A stretch of 64,000 bases of DNA from Scenedesmus sp. PABB004. Lineage: Eukaryota. Both the position numbers and the translations under genes were made by a program. The DNA is taken from the NCBI GenBank assembly GCA_014905635.1, contig JABVCE010000003.1:1488001-1552000 (forward strand). The letters run 5' to 3'. The notes under the pieces were generated by a model. That model was given only the letters and a program-made list of their open reading frames with translations. It was not told where the DNA came from and ran no database searches. Of the stretch, positions 25,704-37,258 are shown one piece after another. The stretch's first letter is position 1; each line of letters begins with the position of its first letter.

Positions 25704-27691
25704 TCACTGCAGGACGCCCGAGTGCGTGAGGTAGCAGCGGCGGCAGGTGGCGCGGTAGAGCTCGTCGCCGCCCACGAGCGCCTGCGGGCCCGCCGCCTCG
25801 CGCAGGCGCAGCGAGAACAGCGCGCTGCGCGCCGCGCGCGCGCGCGGGCGGGCGGCGTCAGCGCGCGGGCGCGGCCGTCGGCGCGGGCGTCGGCGCGGGC
25901 GCCGCGGGCGCGCGCCCCGCCCCGCGCGGGCGCGCCGCGCTCACTCTGCGTCGCAGAACGCGCACTTGCTGGCCAGCGTGGTGATCGAGTCGGCGAGCGG
26001 CGCGAGCTGCAGCAGCTGGCCAAACACGCGGCGCTTGAAGTCGCCGGACAGGCCCGACACGATCACGTGCTTGCCGTCGCCGTCGACCGCGGCCGCCACA
26101 AACTCGGCGAGGTCGGGGAAAAACTGGGCCTCGTCGATCGCCAGCACCTGGCCGCGACCGGGGGGCGCGGCGGGAGCGGGACGGGGCGGCGGGGGCGGGG
26201 GCAGAGGGGAGTGAGGGGCGAGGCTCGCAATGCGCGGCCGGCCCGGGCGGCGGCGGCGTGCGCGGCGCGGCGCGGCTGCCGCGGGCCTGCTCGCCTGGAG
26301 CTTGTGGTACGCGGGGCCCATGTGGGCCCTGAACTCGGCGAGGCTGTCGGCCGCATAGCAGCGCATGCAGCGCCCGTCGTGGCTGACCACCCAGTGCGCG
26401 CCGTAGCGCTCGTCGCGCCGCGACTTGACCGCGACCGCGAGCTTGCCCTCGGCGCCAGTCACCTCCTTGACCTGCGGCGGCGGCGCGCGGCATCGGCAGC
26501 GGACGTTGCGGCGCCGCGCGGTGGCGGCGCAGGCGCGGGGCCCGCAGCGGCGCGGCGCGGCGCGCCCCAGCGCGGCGCGGCGCGACGCCGCGGTGGCCTC
26601 ACCCGCGCGATGAGGCGCGTCGTCTTGCCGGCAAACATCGGGCCCATGATCAGCTCCAGCCGGCCCTCGCCCAGCGCGGGCGCGTGGTCGGGCGCGCCGG
26701 CGAGCCAGTCAAAGCCCAGCGGGATGTCGTAGCGCGCGCCCACGCGGCGCCCCGACATCGCGGCGTGCCGCGCCGCCGCCGCCGCCGCGGCGCCCGGGCC
26801 GCCGCCGCCGGCGGGGCCGGCCGGCGGCGGCGCGCCACCCGCGCCGGCCGGCGCGGGCGCGCCACGCGCGCCGCCCGGCGCCGCGGCGGCGTCCTCGAGC
26901 TCCGGCGGAAACTCCAGGATCGCGCGCGGCGAGGGCACCTGGTCCGCCGCGGCGATGACGTCAGCCAGCACCCCGCCGCCGCCGACGCCGACGCTCACCG
27001 CCGACGGCGGCGTCAGCGCGCCCGGGCCGCCGCCCAGGCTGTGGCGCGGGCGGTTCACGCTCGCCGCGCGCGGCGTCGCGGCGGGCGCGGCCGGCTGCTG
27101 CCGCGGCGGCGCGGCCGCGGCGGCGAGCGCCGCCGGCGGCGTCGCCGCGGGTGCGTCGGGCCCGCGCGGCGGCGCGCGCGCCGGCGTCTCGCCGCCGCCC
27201 GCGTCCTGGCGCTTGGGCGGCGGGCTGCCGGCGGCGCCGTCGCCGCGGCCGGGCGCGGCGCCGCACGCAAAGCCCGCCGCCGGCTGCAGCGCGCCGAGGC
27301 GGCGCTTCGCCGCGCCCGCCGCCGGCTGCGGCGAGCGCGCGACGTTGCAGGGCGCAAAGGGCTGCCGCCCGGGGCTGCCCAGCAGGCAGGCCTGGCGCGC
27401 CGGCGAGAGGAGCTTCGCCGGCGAGAGCAGCGCCGCCGCCGCCGCGCGCCGCGGCGAGCGCGACGCCGACGGCGACGCCGGCGAGGAGGAGAGCGCCATC
27501 GCGGCCTGCGACGCCGGCTGCTGCGGCGCGCCGCCCAGAAGGCAGGCGGCGGCGGGCTGCTGCTGCGGCGACGACTGCGACGCCGCGCCGAGCAGGCGGG
27601 CGGCGGTCGCGGCGGCGGCGGACGGCGCGCCGGCGGCGGCCGCGCCCGAGCGCAGCAGCGCGTGCCGAGCGGCGGCGGCGCCCTGGCTCAT
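25704..27691 (-). CDS. TK1: Thymidine kinase (TK1 type) with long low-complexity N-terminal extension
   Basis: GRLELIMGPMFAGKTT, KSRRDERY, SHDG, VLAIDEAQFFPDL, VIVSGLSGDFKRRVFG, LADSITTLASKCAFC, VGGDELYRATCRRCY; TGTAA on - at 25421-25425. Confidence 0.96.
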
Positions 27692-28383
27692 GCACCGGGC
27701 GCCGGAGCGCGGCGCTGCTGCCGGCAGCAGCAGCAGCAGCAGCGGGGCCTGCGAGGGCGCGGGGGGGGGGGCGGGGGCAGCGGCTGGTGGGCGGTGTGCT
27801 CCGCAACAACGGGTCGCGGAGCAGCCGCAGCGAGCGGCCCGGGAGCGGCACACGGTCGGTTCACACCGCCTCACCGCGCGGGCGGGCACGTGGTGGCCGC
27901 GGCGCGCGAGTTTCGAGGGATGCCTCCTTTTCGCGCCTCTGCTGCGAACGGCGCTGCCGCTGGCTGACCGCACGCTGCGGCCCCGGATCGCACGCGCGGT
28001 GGCTGGAGGGCACGACGCGGCGCGGCGGTCTGGTGCGCCTCCGGCTGGCCGCGCCCTGGTCGAGCGTGGGTTCATCTTCGCGCCACTGCCGCCTGGGCTC
28101 CCATGTGCTCTCTGCGCGCACAGCTCCTGGCCGCTGGTTTAAGCCCTCGCCGGCCCGTGACGCCGCGCCAGTCCCAGCAGCGCCAGCAGCACGCCACACG
28201 GGTCGATCTGCTGCTGCGCCCGCCCACCACCAGCCGCACGAGCGAGAGAGCGGCGCCGGCCGGCTTCCGCACGCGCGTGGGACCAGGAATTCCCACACGG
28301 GCGGCGGCGCAGCCGGCGCATCGCCCGCAGCAGCGGCAGCAGCGGCGGCGGGCGGCGGCCGCCGCTGCCGCGCCCGCGCCGCC

Positions 28384-29648
28384 ATGAGCGCGTCGGGCTA
28401 TGGCAGCTTCTACGCCAACGTCTGCCGGCTGCTCAGCAGCATCAACAGCGGCCTGGTGCACCGGCGGCCGTCGGTGAAGCTGCCGCTGAGCAAGGCGCGT
28501 GCCGCGCGGCGGCCCCGCGCGCGCCGCGCTCGCCGGCGCCGCGCTCGCCGGCGCGCTCACCGCCGCCGCCGCAGGTGGGGCTGGAGCTGAGCGCGCTGCT
28601 GGCCAACCTGGGCGTGATCTGCGACTTCAGCGTCGCGCAGGCGGGCCACCGGCTCAAGGGCCACGCGCGGCAGTGGCGGCCGCCCGCGCTCGGCGGCGGC
28701 GGCGCGTCCGGCGGCGGCGGCGACGCGCCGGCGCACACCGCGCTCGCGGCGGGCGCGGCGGGGCACCCGGGCATGTACCTGACGGTCCACCTCAACTGGG
28801 ACGCGCACCGGCCCCTCTACGCCCCGTCCGCGCTTGCCGCGGCGCCGGGCGCGCGCGGCGGCGCGGCGGCGCGGCCGCCGGCGGGCTTTGCGGCGCCGCT
28901 GGGCATCAACGCGCGCGTGCCCGAGCACGTCAAGCTCATCAGCCGCCCCTCGGCGCAGCGCTGGGTGGGGCTCGACGAGCTGCGCCGCCGGCGCGCGGCG
29001 GCGCCGCCGGGCATCTACCTGCTGTCAACGCACGAGGCGAGCCCCGCGCCGCGCGCCGCGCCGCGCTGCCGCCGCCCGCGCGCCGTGTCGCCCGCGCGCC
29101 GCACACGCGCCCCGCGCCGCGCCGCCCACCCTGCGCGCCGCACACACGCTGCGCGCCGCGCGCAGGGCCTTATGACTGACATTGACGCCGAGCTGCGCGG
29201 CCTCGGCGGCATCCTGCTCGCGCACCTGGGCCTGCCGCTCGGCCACGTGACCGCGCTGCGCGGCCTGCTGCGCGCCAAGTATGCGGCCGAGCGCGCGGCG
29301 GGCAGCGGCGGCGGCGGTGGCGGCGGCGGCGCGCACGCGCTGCCGTCGCAGTGGGACGCGCGCGCGGCGGCGGGCGCGGCCGTTGCGGCGCGGCTGGCGG
29401 GCGGCAACGCGGCCGCCGCGCAGCGCTACCTGGACGAGGTCGAGGCGGCCGACGCGGCGCGGCTGGAGGCCTCGGGCGCGGCGGGCGCGCGGCTGGAGCA
29501 GCTGCGCCTGCAACAGCTGGTGTGGCAGCAGCACGGCGGCACGGCGCAGCAGGAGCAGGCGCAGCGCGGCGGCGGCGGCCGCGAGCAGCAGGCGCAGCGC
29601 GGCGGCGGGCGGCGAGCCGGCGGCGGCGGCGGGCGCGGCCGGCGGTGA
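28384..29648 (+). CDS. Divergent ribosomal protein S8 family (likely mitochondrial uS8m), 3 exons
   Basis: CRLLSSINSGLVHRRPSVKLPLSK|VGLELSALLANLGVICDF..VKLISRPSAQRWVGLDEL..GIYLLSTHE|GLMTDIDAELRGLGGILLA corresponds to the S8 ISKPxxR and LSTxxGxMTxxxAxxxxxGGE motifs. Confidence 0.85.
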
Positions 29649-30876
29649 GCGCGGCGTGGAATCGGCGGTGCGCGTCACACACACCCGCGCCCGTCCGGTC
29701 CCGGGAGTCAAAGAGTCGGAGTGCCACCAGCCCCGCTCCCCCGTTCCGCGTCCGCGTCCGTCCGTCACAAAAGCGGCAAGTGCCCGAGGGCGTGTCTCAG
29801 CGCCTCGGCATGTGCGGCGCATGCTGCTGTGATCAGCTGTGATCAGCTGTGATCAGCTGCTGCTGTCTGACTGGGACCGACCAGAAAAATTGAGGTGGAT
29901 GCGCCGCGCGGCGCGGGGCAATCGGCGTGCAGGACGTGCAGCGGCGGCGGCGGCGGTCGCTGCGCCGCCAGCCGCTCTCTCTCGAACGCACTCGGCACAC
30001 GCACTCGCCCGCCCCACGATCAACAATGAGCGCCGCCAGTGGGCGCCTCGCGCCAGGCGCATGCCACGTGCTGGTGCGCGCGCCACTGGGGCACGCTGCA
30101 GCCGTGGCCTGCCGCTGCGGCCCCCGCACGCGCCCGTCGCAGCTGCAGTCGAACTGTTCTGTTCTGCCCCAACGCACACACACCCACACGCACACACACG
30201 CACACACACACGGCCCCACGCCTGCATGCCGCGCTCGCGCACACACACCATGCGCGAGCTGGCTGGCTGGCTCCCCAAGCAAGACACGCGTGTGCGCGGG
30301 CCGGCACCCCACCCCTGGCGACGACGACCCCCTACCCAACACTGCAGCAATCGGTGCAACACTCGCAGGCACCGGCCTGCCCGGCGGGCGCTGCGGGGCG
30401 GGCCCCGGCGCGCCCGCGCTGGCCGGCCTGGCGCGGCGGACGGATCAGTGGAGTCTCGGCGTGTAGGCGGGCGCGCCGCCCGCCCACGCCGGCAGCAGGG
30501 ATGGACGCATCTGCAGCAGCTGCAAGGCGCAGCTGCGCGCAGCGGCGCCGCCGAATCCGGCGGGCGCCGCTGCATGCACGCGCGGCGCGGCGCCGCGCGG
30601 CGGCGGGCCGCGCAGCGCGCCGGCGCGCGCGCCGCCGCTGCTCCCGCGCCAGCGGCGGCGCGGGCTGCGCCGCCGCTGGCGCCGAGACAGGTTGGGTTGG
30701 ACGTACAGAGAGCGAAATCACCGCGCCCCGGCGCCGACCTGGCGGCGCCGGGGCGGGGCTCACACAACTGCGCGGCGCCGTCGGGCCGCCGCGCTGATCG
30801 TACACGTGCGGGCGCCGCCGCTGCAGCGGGGCGCGCTGCCGCCGCTGGTGGCGCCGCGGCTGCCGCCCGCGGGCGC

Positions 30877-31842
30877 TCAGCCCTTGAAGCTGCCGGCTGC
30901 GCCGTTGGCGCGCACGAGCGTCTCGGTGTGGCCCTCGTAAAAGCCGGTGCGGCGCAGCACGCCCGAGCGCACGCGCAGCGCGGCGGAGCCCTTGCGGCTC
31001 AGCGACTCAGCAACCTGCGCCCGGCGCGGCGCGGGGTGAGCACGCGCGCGGGCGCGCGGGCGCGCGGGGCGGCAGCGCGCTCCGTGCCGCCGCGCGCGGC
31101 GGGCCGGGGCGCGGCACCCCTCACGTTGGAGGGGTCCATCAGGCTGCTCGCGGTGAGCTCGTGCGGCGGGACAAAGACGGGGAGCTCGTCGCCCTCCACG
31201 AACGCGCCCGGCCGGCTGCGGCGCGCCATGATGATGGGCTTGGGGCAGCTGCGCGCCATGTTTGCGGGCGCCGCGTAGCTGAACGAGCCGCTGCCAGAGC
31301 GGTGCGGGATCGCGACGCCGCCGCCGGGCAGCAGGTGCTGCTGCTGCTGCTGCTGCTCAAAGCTCGGCCGCGGCGGCTTGCCCGCGCTGAACGGCAGGCT
31401 GCGGCGGTGCGGGGACGGGGAGGGCGGCGCCGCGTCAATGGGGGCGCGCCCCGGCGGCGGCGGCGGGGGTTGCAGCAGCAGCATCCAGATTTCGCGCCCC
31501 CGCGCCGCCGGCGCACCTGTGCTGCCCCCCCGCCACGCCGAGCGCGAGCGGACCGTCCTCGGGGCCCGACGAGGCGCCGCCGCGGCGCGGGCTGAGGCCG
31601 TCGAGCAGGCCGAGGGCGAAGACATCATCCGCCTCGCCCGCGCCGCCGCCGGCGAAGGCCGCAAAGCCACCCAGGTCCTCCTCGGCCTCGAGCTCGTCCT
31701 CCACGCCGGCAGCACCGCCGCAGAGCTCCTCCTGGCCGCCCAGGAGGCCGTGCTCGGCCACCGAGCTGTGCGGCGAGAGGAGGCTGCTATGGGGCGTGTT
31801 GCCCGCGCTGGCCGCGCGCAGCGCCGAGGTGAGCAGGGACAT
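30877..31842 (-). CDS. Senescence regulator S40 / DUF584-like protein
   Basis: C-terminal ARSCPKPI..FVPPHEL..|AESLSRKGSAALRVRSGVLRRTGFYEG matches the S40 signature (PPHE..R.R.AV...TGF.E). Confidence 0.75.
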
Positions 31843-32175
31843 GACGCGCGCGCGGGCGGGCGAGGCTGCGGCGCGGTGGGCGGCGCCCAAGGCCGGTCCT
31901 CGCACGCGCGCGCTCGCGGGCGGCGGGCTACGGGGGGTGCGGCTGGGAGCGTGGTGTGCGGCGGGGCGCGCCGGGGAGCAAGGAGGAGCCCTGGATTGAG
32001 CGCGCGGGGATGTTCAACCTCGACTCGGCCGAACAGGCGCCGATCCCGCTCGAAGAACGCGCCGTGCGATCTAGGCTCCGCTCCAGACCTCCTCCTGCCG
32101 GCGGCGCGCGCGCCTCCTGCGCGCCCGCAACTGCGCGCGCGCCCGCGCCACCTCGCGGGCCCGCCTCGGCGCGGC

Positions 32176-33290
32176 ACCTGCATGGCGACCCCGCTGGCGG
32201 TGGAGAATGCGAGGTTGGCCGCTGGGCGGGAGGCGCTCGCGGCGGCTACGGCGCGCGGGGCGGCGACGGCGCGGCCTGGGCGGGGGCTGTGGGCTGCGCG
32301 GCACGCGTGGGCGCGGCCTCCAGGCAGGCAAGCGCGGCACGGGCCTAGCCTAGCAAGGAGAGGGCGGCCGCGCCTAGCCTAGGCGCGAGCGCGGTGTGCA
32401 CGCCCCGGGCGCGCGCGCGCGCCGGCGGACGGGCGGGCTCGTCTGACCGCCGACCTTGCGACGAGGCGGCCCGCGCGAGCCCGCTGCTGACCGCGCCGAC
32501 GCGCTGCCGGCGGCGGCGGCCGGCGGCCGGCGGCGGCGGGGCGCAGCAGAGCCGCTGGAGCGCGACCGCCCTCCGATCACGTCACATGATGCTGCACCTC
32601 GCGGCCCCGGCCGCGGCCGCCGCCGCGCGGCGCAGCAGTCCGCCGCCGCCGGCGCCGGCCGCGACGAGCGGCCCGTCGTCGCCGTCGTGGCGCGGCGCGT
32701 CCGCGTCCGCGCCGAGCGCGACCTCAAAGCCGCCGACCACGGGCTTGTGGTCGCTGCTCGTCACGGCGGGCACACTGGCATAGTAGAGCTGCGCCACGCG
32801 CGGCGCCGGCGGGCCGCCGCGCCCGGCGGCGTCGGGCGACCGCGGCGGCACGCGCCAGAGGATGCGGTCGGTCCAGCTCGGCACGCGCGCGTCGGCGTAC
32901 GCGTTGCTGCCGGGGACAAACTTGAAGGTCGGCGGGAAGTGGATGCGGCCCTCGGTGAAGCCCTGCGCGGCGCGGCGCGGCGCCGCGCCGGGCGGTCAGC
33001 GCGCCGCCGCAGGCGGGCCGAACGCGCCCAGCTGACTGCAGGCTGACTGCAGGCTGACTGGCCGCAGTGCCGGCGCCCGCGCGCGCGGCGCCCACCTCGA
33101 ACACGCGGCCCTTGTGCTGCTGCAGGCGCAGCTGGTCGTTGGCGTGCAGCACCTCGTGCAGCCGGGTGCGCAGCAGGTAGGCCACGGCGCGCGCGTTGCC
33201 GTTGATGCGGTAGTTCAGGTCGCCCACCCAGAACACCACGTCGGCGCCGGCCGTGCCGTCGGGCGGCCCGCCCGCGGCCCTGCGGCGCCG
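32176..33290 (-). repeat. Inverted duplication B, copy 2 (intact source: matching parts are about 33203-33290 and 32176-32690)
   Basis: Reverse-complement match to 22464-23064. Confidence 0.92.
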
Positions 33291-35026
33291 GCGGCGGCCG
33301 GCGGTGGGCGGCCAGGGGCGGCGGGCGCGCGCGCGCGCGCAGCGCGCGCAGCGCACCTGGGGTGCAGCAGGCTGGCGGACGGGCGCCGCGCGGCAAAGGG
33401 CGCGAGGAAGCTCAGCTGGCTGCGCAGCTCCTCCGCAAAGGTCAGGCCGCCGCCGCCTGGGCCCGGGCTGTAGCTGCTGGGCGTGCCGGCGCTGCTGCTG
33501 CCGCGGCCGTCCTCGCTGCCGCAGGCGCAGTGCAGCGGGCAGAGCTCGGCGGCGCGGCCGGGGGCGCCGCTGGTGCAGCAGCTCGCCGTCCAGCTCGCGG
33601 CGCGCAGCCGGCCGACGCTGCCCTCGAGCGCTGCCGCCGCGCTGCTGCCGCCGCCGTCAGAGGGACAGGGCGATGCACGGCTGCCGGCGCCGCTGCACGG
33701 AGCCCACGGCTCCGGCGCGACGCGCCGCGCGCCTGACAGCCAGCCGCGCGGCGACGCGGAGCGGCCGCGCGCCGCAGGCTGGGCGAGGTGCCCCGCTGTC
33801 GGGCTGCCCGCGCCGCTGCCGCGCGCGCTGCCGCTGTGGCTGCTCGCGCCGCTGCGGCGGCCGCCGCCGCCGCCGCCGAAGGCGCCCGCGCCGCCGGCGA
33901 AGAGGCCGGCGCGCACGCGCGCGTAGTCGGCGTTGCGTCGCTCGACCTGGTCGGCGTGCGCCGCAAAGTGGCTGCCGATGAAGAGCAGCCGCACGTCCGG
34001 CAGCGTCACCGCCAGCGCGACGGCGCCCTTGTTGCCGACGACGTTGCCGAGCCCCGTCGGCACGGCGCTGCCGCGCACGCCGACGACCTGGCGGCGGAAG
34101 CGGGCCGAGGCAAAGAGCACGAGGTGCATGCCGCGCAGCGACTGCCACGCGAGCCGCGCGTAGCCGCCGCCCGGCGGCAGCGCGGCCGCGAGCAGGCGCT
34201 CCCACTCGGCCAGCGCGCCGCTCTCCTGCGTGGCAAAGACGTACAGGTCCACCTCGGGCGCCGCCGCACCGGCGCCGCCGCCGCCGGGCGGGCCGGCGAG
34301 CAGCTCCGGCGGCACGGCCGACGGCACGCAGCCGGCCATGTTGAAGGTGACGATGTGCAGCCGCAGCGTGCGCCCGCCCGCGCCGCCGTCGCCGAGGCTG
34401 CAGCTGCTGGCGGGGCGCTCCAGCGCCCAGTCGCCGCTGGCGGCGGCGGCGGCGGCGGCGGCCAGGGCTGCGGCGCCGCTGCCGCCCTGGCTGCCCTGCG
34501 GCGGTGGTGGCGCTGCGGCGCCGGCCGCGCCCTCGCGCGGCTCGCCGGCCGCCGTCGCCCAGAACAGCCGCGACCGGGCGGTCGGCGCGGCGCTGGTTCG
34601 CTGCCCTGGGCTGGGGCTGCCGCCGTCGGCGCCCCCGAGCAGGCTGAAGCTGCCGCAGCTGCTGCTGCCGCGCATTGGCTCTGCTCGTGCGCGCGGCTGC
34701 GCGGCGCCTGCGCCGCGTGTGCCGCGCGCCAGTGCCAGCAGGTCTGGGCTGCTGCTGCTGCCGCTGCTGCTGCCACCGAGCCGAATGCCGCGGAGCGAAG
34801 CAATCCCGACCGCCGCCGGTCCGCTGCTGGCTGCCGCGCCGGGCAGCTCCGGCAGCGCGGCATGGCCCTGCCAGCACGCCTGCTGCTCCTCCCACTGCGT
34901 CACAGCGTCGCCAGCCTTGCGCCCCATTGCCGCCGGCTCTGCCACCGACTCGGGCGCCGGCGCGTCGGCCGCAGGCTCGGCCCGCGGCGCCGGCGCGCGC
35001 GGCGCCTGTCGCCAAGTCCGCGCCAT
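32582..35026 (-). CDS. Inositol polyphosphate 5-phosphatase with C-terminal CaaX (INPP5E-like); start uncertain (35026 or 34928)
   Basis: HIVTFNMAG, YVFATQE, GNKGAV, FIGSHFAAH, RRNADY, VVFWVGDLNYRI, NDQL, HFPPTFKF, RVPSWTDRILW, SSDHKPV; ends CSIM*. Confidence 0.94.
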
Positions 35027-35573
35027 GCCGGCGCCGACCGCTAGCGCCGTGTGCCCGGCGGCCCCATCCGCCTGCCGCCTGCACGCCGTATGCTGGCGTC
35101 GCCGGCGGCGCCGCGGCACGGGGCCGGCCTCGGGCGCTGGCCGCGGCCCCCAAACAAAGTCGCTGCTGTGCTGCCCGCGCCGCCACCGCCACCGCACGCC
35201 GCTCGCTGCGTCGGTGCGCCGGGTCACATGAAACCGAGCAAACGGTGGCGTTGACGCTGCGCTGGCCGGCAAGGGACGCTCGCCGGCGCAACAGCGCGCG
35301 CGGGTCAGTTCGGCGCTGCTGCGGGGGGCGCGACAGAGGCCGGCGGCGACTCGGCAGTGAGAAAGCTCGACGCGGGAGTGCTGCAACGTACGGAACGGTC
35401 GCGGCCGGTAGAGCGAAAAGAGGCAGCTGGCCGGCGACACGACGGTGCGACGACCGCGGCTTTGTGGCTGCTCCCAAGGCCCGGCGGCCCTCCGCCCGCG
35501 AGAGAGCTGCGTCACACGCTCTCCCGGCCCAGTCGCAACAGCGCCCGCCCCCCCCGGCGCGCACGCCGCCGCC

Positions 35574-36692
35574 ATGCCGCAGCGGCGGACTAGCGCCGCT
35601 GCTGCTGCGCGCGGCGGCGGCCTCGCGCCCGCCCACCTCGCGCCGGCCAGCGTGCCTGCCGACAACGAGCTGCGCCGGGCGGAGTTGCACGCGCTGGCGT
35701 CGTGCGGCGTGACGCCGGGCCCGGGCGCGTACGAGGTGGCGAGCAGCGTGCGCAGCTGGGGCGCGCGCCGCCGCGACCTGCCGGACGGCCCCGCCGCGCT
35801 GGCGCCGGGGGAGGCCAGCGCCCGCGTGCGGCAGGCCGAGCGCGAGGCCGGCTCGCGCGCGCGAGCAACGCCGGACCCGCCCCCTGGCGCCGCCGCGGCA
35901 TTGGACGCGACGCTCGCCCGCGCACCGACACCCAAGGTCTGGGTCCGAGGCGCGCTGCGGCAGCGCCGCTGCCAGTGCGGGGACTGCTCTGCACGACGCC
36001 GCAGCAGCAGGTCACTCGCGCCCCGGGTGCCGCGCCCGCAGATCGGCACCGCACCGCGTGGCGTGCCGGCGGCAGGCGCGCGCTGCCTGAGCCTGAGCCG
36101 CGCGCTCGGCAGCGGCCTCAACTGGACGCGGCCCGTGCCGCTGGCGCAGCTGCAGCGGCAGCTGGCGCGTGCCGGGCCTGGGGCGCAAGAGGCGCATGGC
36201 AGCGCGCGCGCGTGCTGGCCCGGCTCGCTCTGGCGGCCGCGCAGCGGCGTGCCACCGCAGCCGGCCGGGGGCGGGCTGCAGCGGGTGCAGGAACGAGAGG
36301 AGCAGCAGGCGCAGCAGCAGCAGGGCGGCCGGCCAGGCCAGCGCGAGCAGGGAGCGCCACCAGCAAGGGCAGCACGCAGCGCGCGCGACGCGCGCCTTGG
36401 CGGCGGACCTCCCTGGCAGCTTGCGCGAGCGGTGGCAGCGGGCGAGGGCGCGGTGGCGGCCATGCGCCAGCAGCTGGAGCGGCAGCGCGCGGGCTGCACG
36501 GGCGCGGGCGCGTTGGCGCCGCAGCCAGCGCGCTGCGGCGACTGCCGCGTCGCCGCCTGCCAGTGCGGGCGAGCGACGGTCAAGCAGCAGCAGGAGGTGC
36601 AGCACGCAGACGCCGCACGCGCGGCGGCGGCGGCGGCGGCGGCCGAGCTCGCGGCGCGGCGGCGCCGGTGGCGCGCGTGCAGCGGCGACTGA
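35574..36692 (+). CDS. Hypothetical protein with sperm-tail PG-rich (SHIPPO-like) motif
   Basis: GCCGCCATG start; TPGPGAYEV motif; probable in-frame intron 35937-36041 giving APTPK|IGTAPR. Confidence 0.55.
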   Translation: MPQRRTSAAAAARGGGLAPAHLAPASVPADNELRRAELHALASCGVTPGPGAYEVASSVRSWGARRRDLPDGPAALAPGEASARVRQAEREAGSRARATPDPPPGAAAALDATLARAPTPKVWVRGALRQRRCQCGDCSARRRSSRSLAPRVPRPQIGTAPRGVPAAGARCLSLSRALGSGLNWTRPVPLAQLQRQLARAGPGAQEAHGSARACWPGSLWRPRSGVPPQPAGGGLQRVQEREEQQAQQQQGGRPGQREQGAPPARAARSARDARLGGGPPWQLARAVAAGEGAVAAMRQQLERQRAGCTGAGALAPQPARCGDCRVAACQCGRATVKQQQEVQHADAARAAAAAAAAELAARRRRWRACSGD

Positions 36693-37155
36693 AACCCGCG
36701 GGGGCCCCTGCTCCGGCGCCGGCGGGCAGCGCGCGGCCGCCAGCCCGCGCGCGCGCCCCGCCGCGGGGCGCGTCAGGGCGCAGCAGGGCTCAGCGCGCCG
36801 CCCGCCCCGCTGGGCGGCCGTGTCGTCGGCGCCGCGGCAGGCCCGCCGCCACAGCGTCGCTCCCAGCCGCACACGCGCCCGCACCCGCACGGCCCGAGCG
36901 CCGCCCACACGGCACGCGGCGCGCCGCCAGCAGCAGCCCGCCGCAGCGCGGCCACCCCCTGCGGGCGGGCCTGTGGGCGTTTGGAGCAGCCTGGGAGCTG
37001 ACGCCGCGCGCGTAGAGTCCGGAGCCAGCGCGCCGACGGCGGGGTGTGGCCAGGTGCGGCGGGGCGGGGGCGGGATGCGAGCGACTGCTGCTGGGCGCGC
37101 CCTGCCGCCGCCGCGCGGGCCCCGCGGGCCCTGCGCGTGGCTTGAGCGTGACGCA
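36620..37155 (+). repeat. Inverted duplication C, copy 1 (3' end of the PG-repeat gene plus intergenic DNA)
   Basis: tgaaacccgcgggggcccctgctcc..cagcagggctcagcgcgccgcccg..ggagccagcgcgccgacggcggggtgtggccagg..cttgagcgtgacgc matches the reverse complement of 60466-61035. Confidence 0.93.
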
Positions 37156-37258
37156 TCACGCATTGCGCTGGCGCTGCCAGGGGGCCGGCAGCGGCGGTTG
37201 GCGCCCGTCGCCGCCGCTGTCGCCGCAACCGCCGCCCCCGCCCGCCGGCGCAGCGTGC

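Noticed and set aside
29839..30800. ORFs between the S8-like and S40-like genes
   Set aside because: No codon bias or motifs, and CA-rich; more likely 3' UTR or intergenic.
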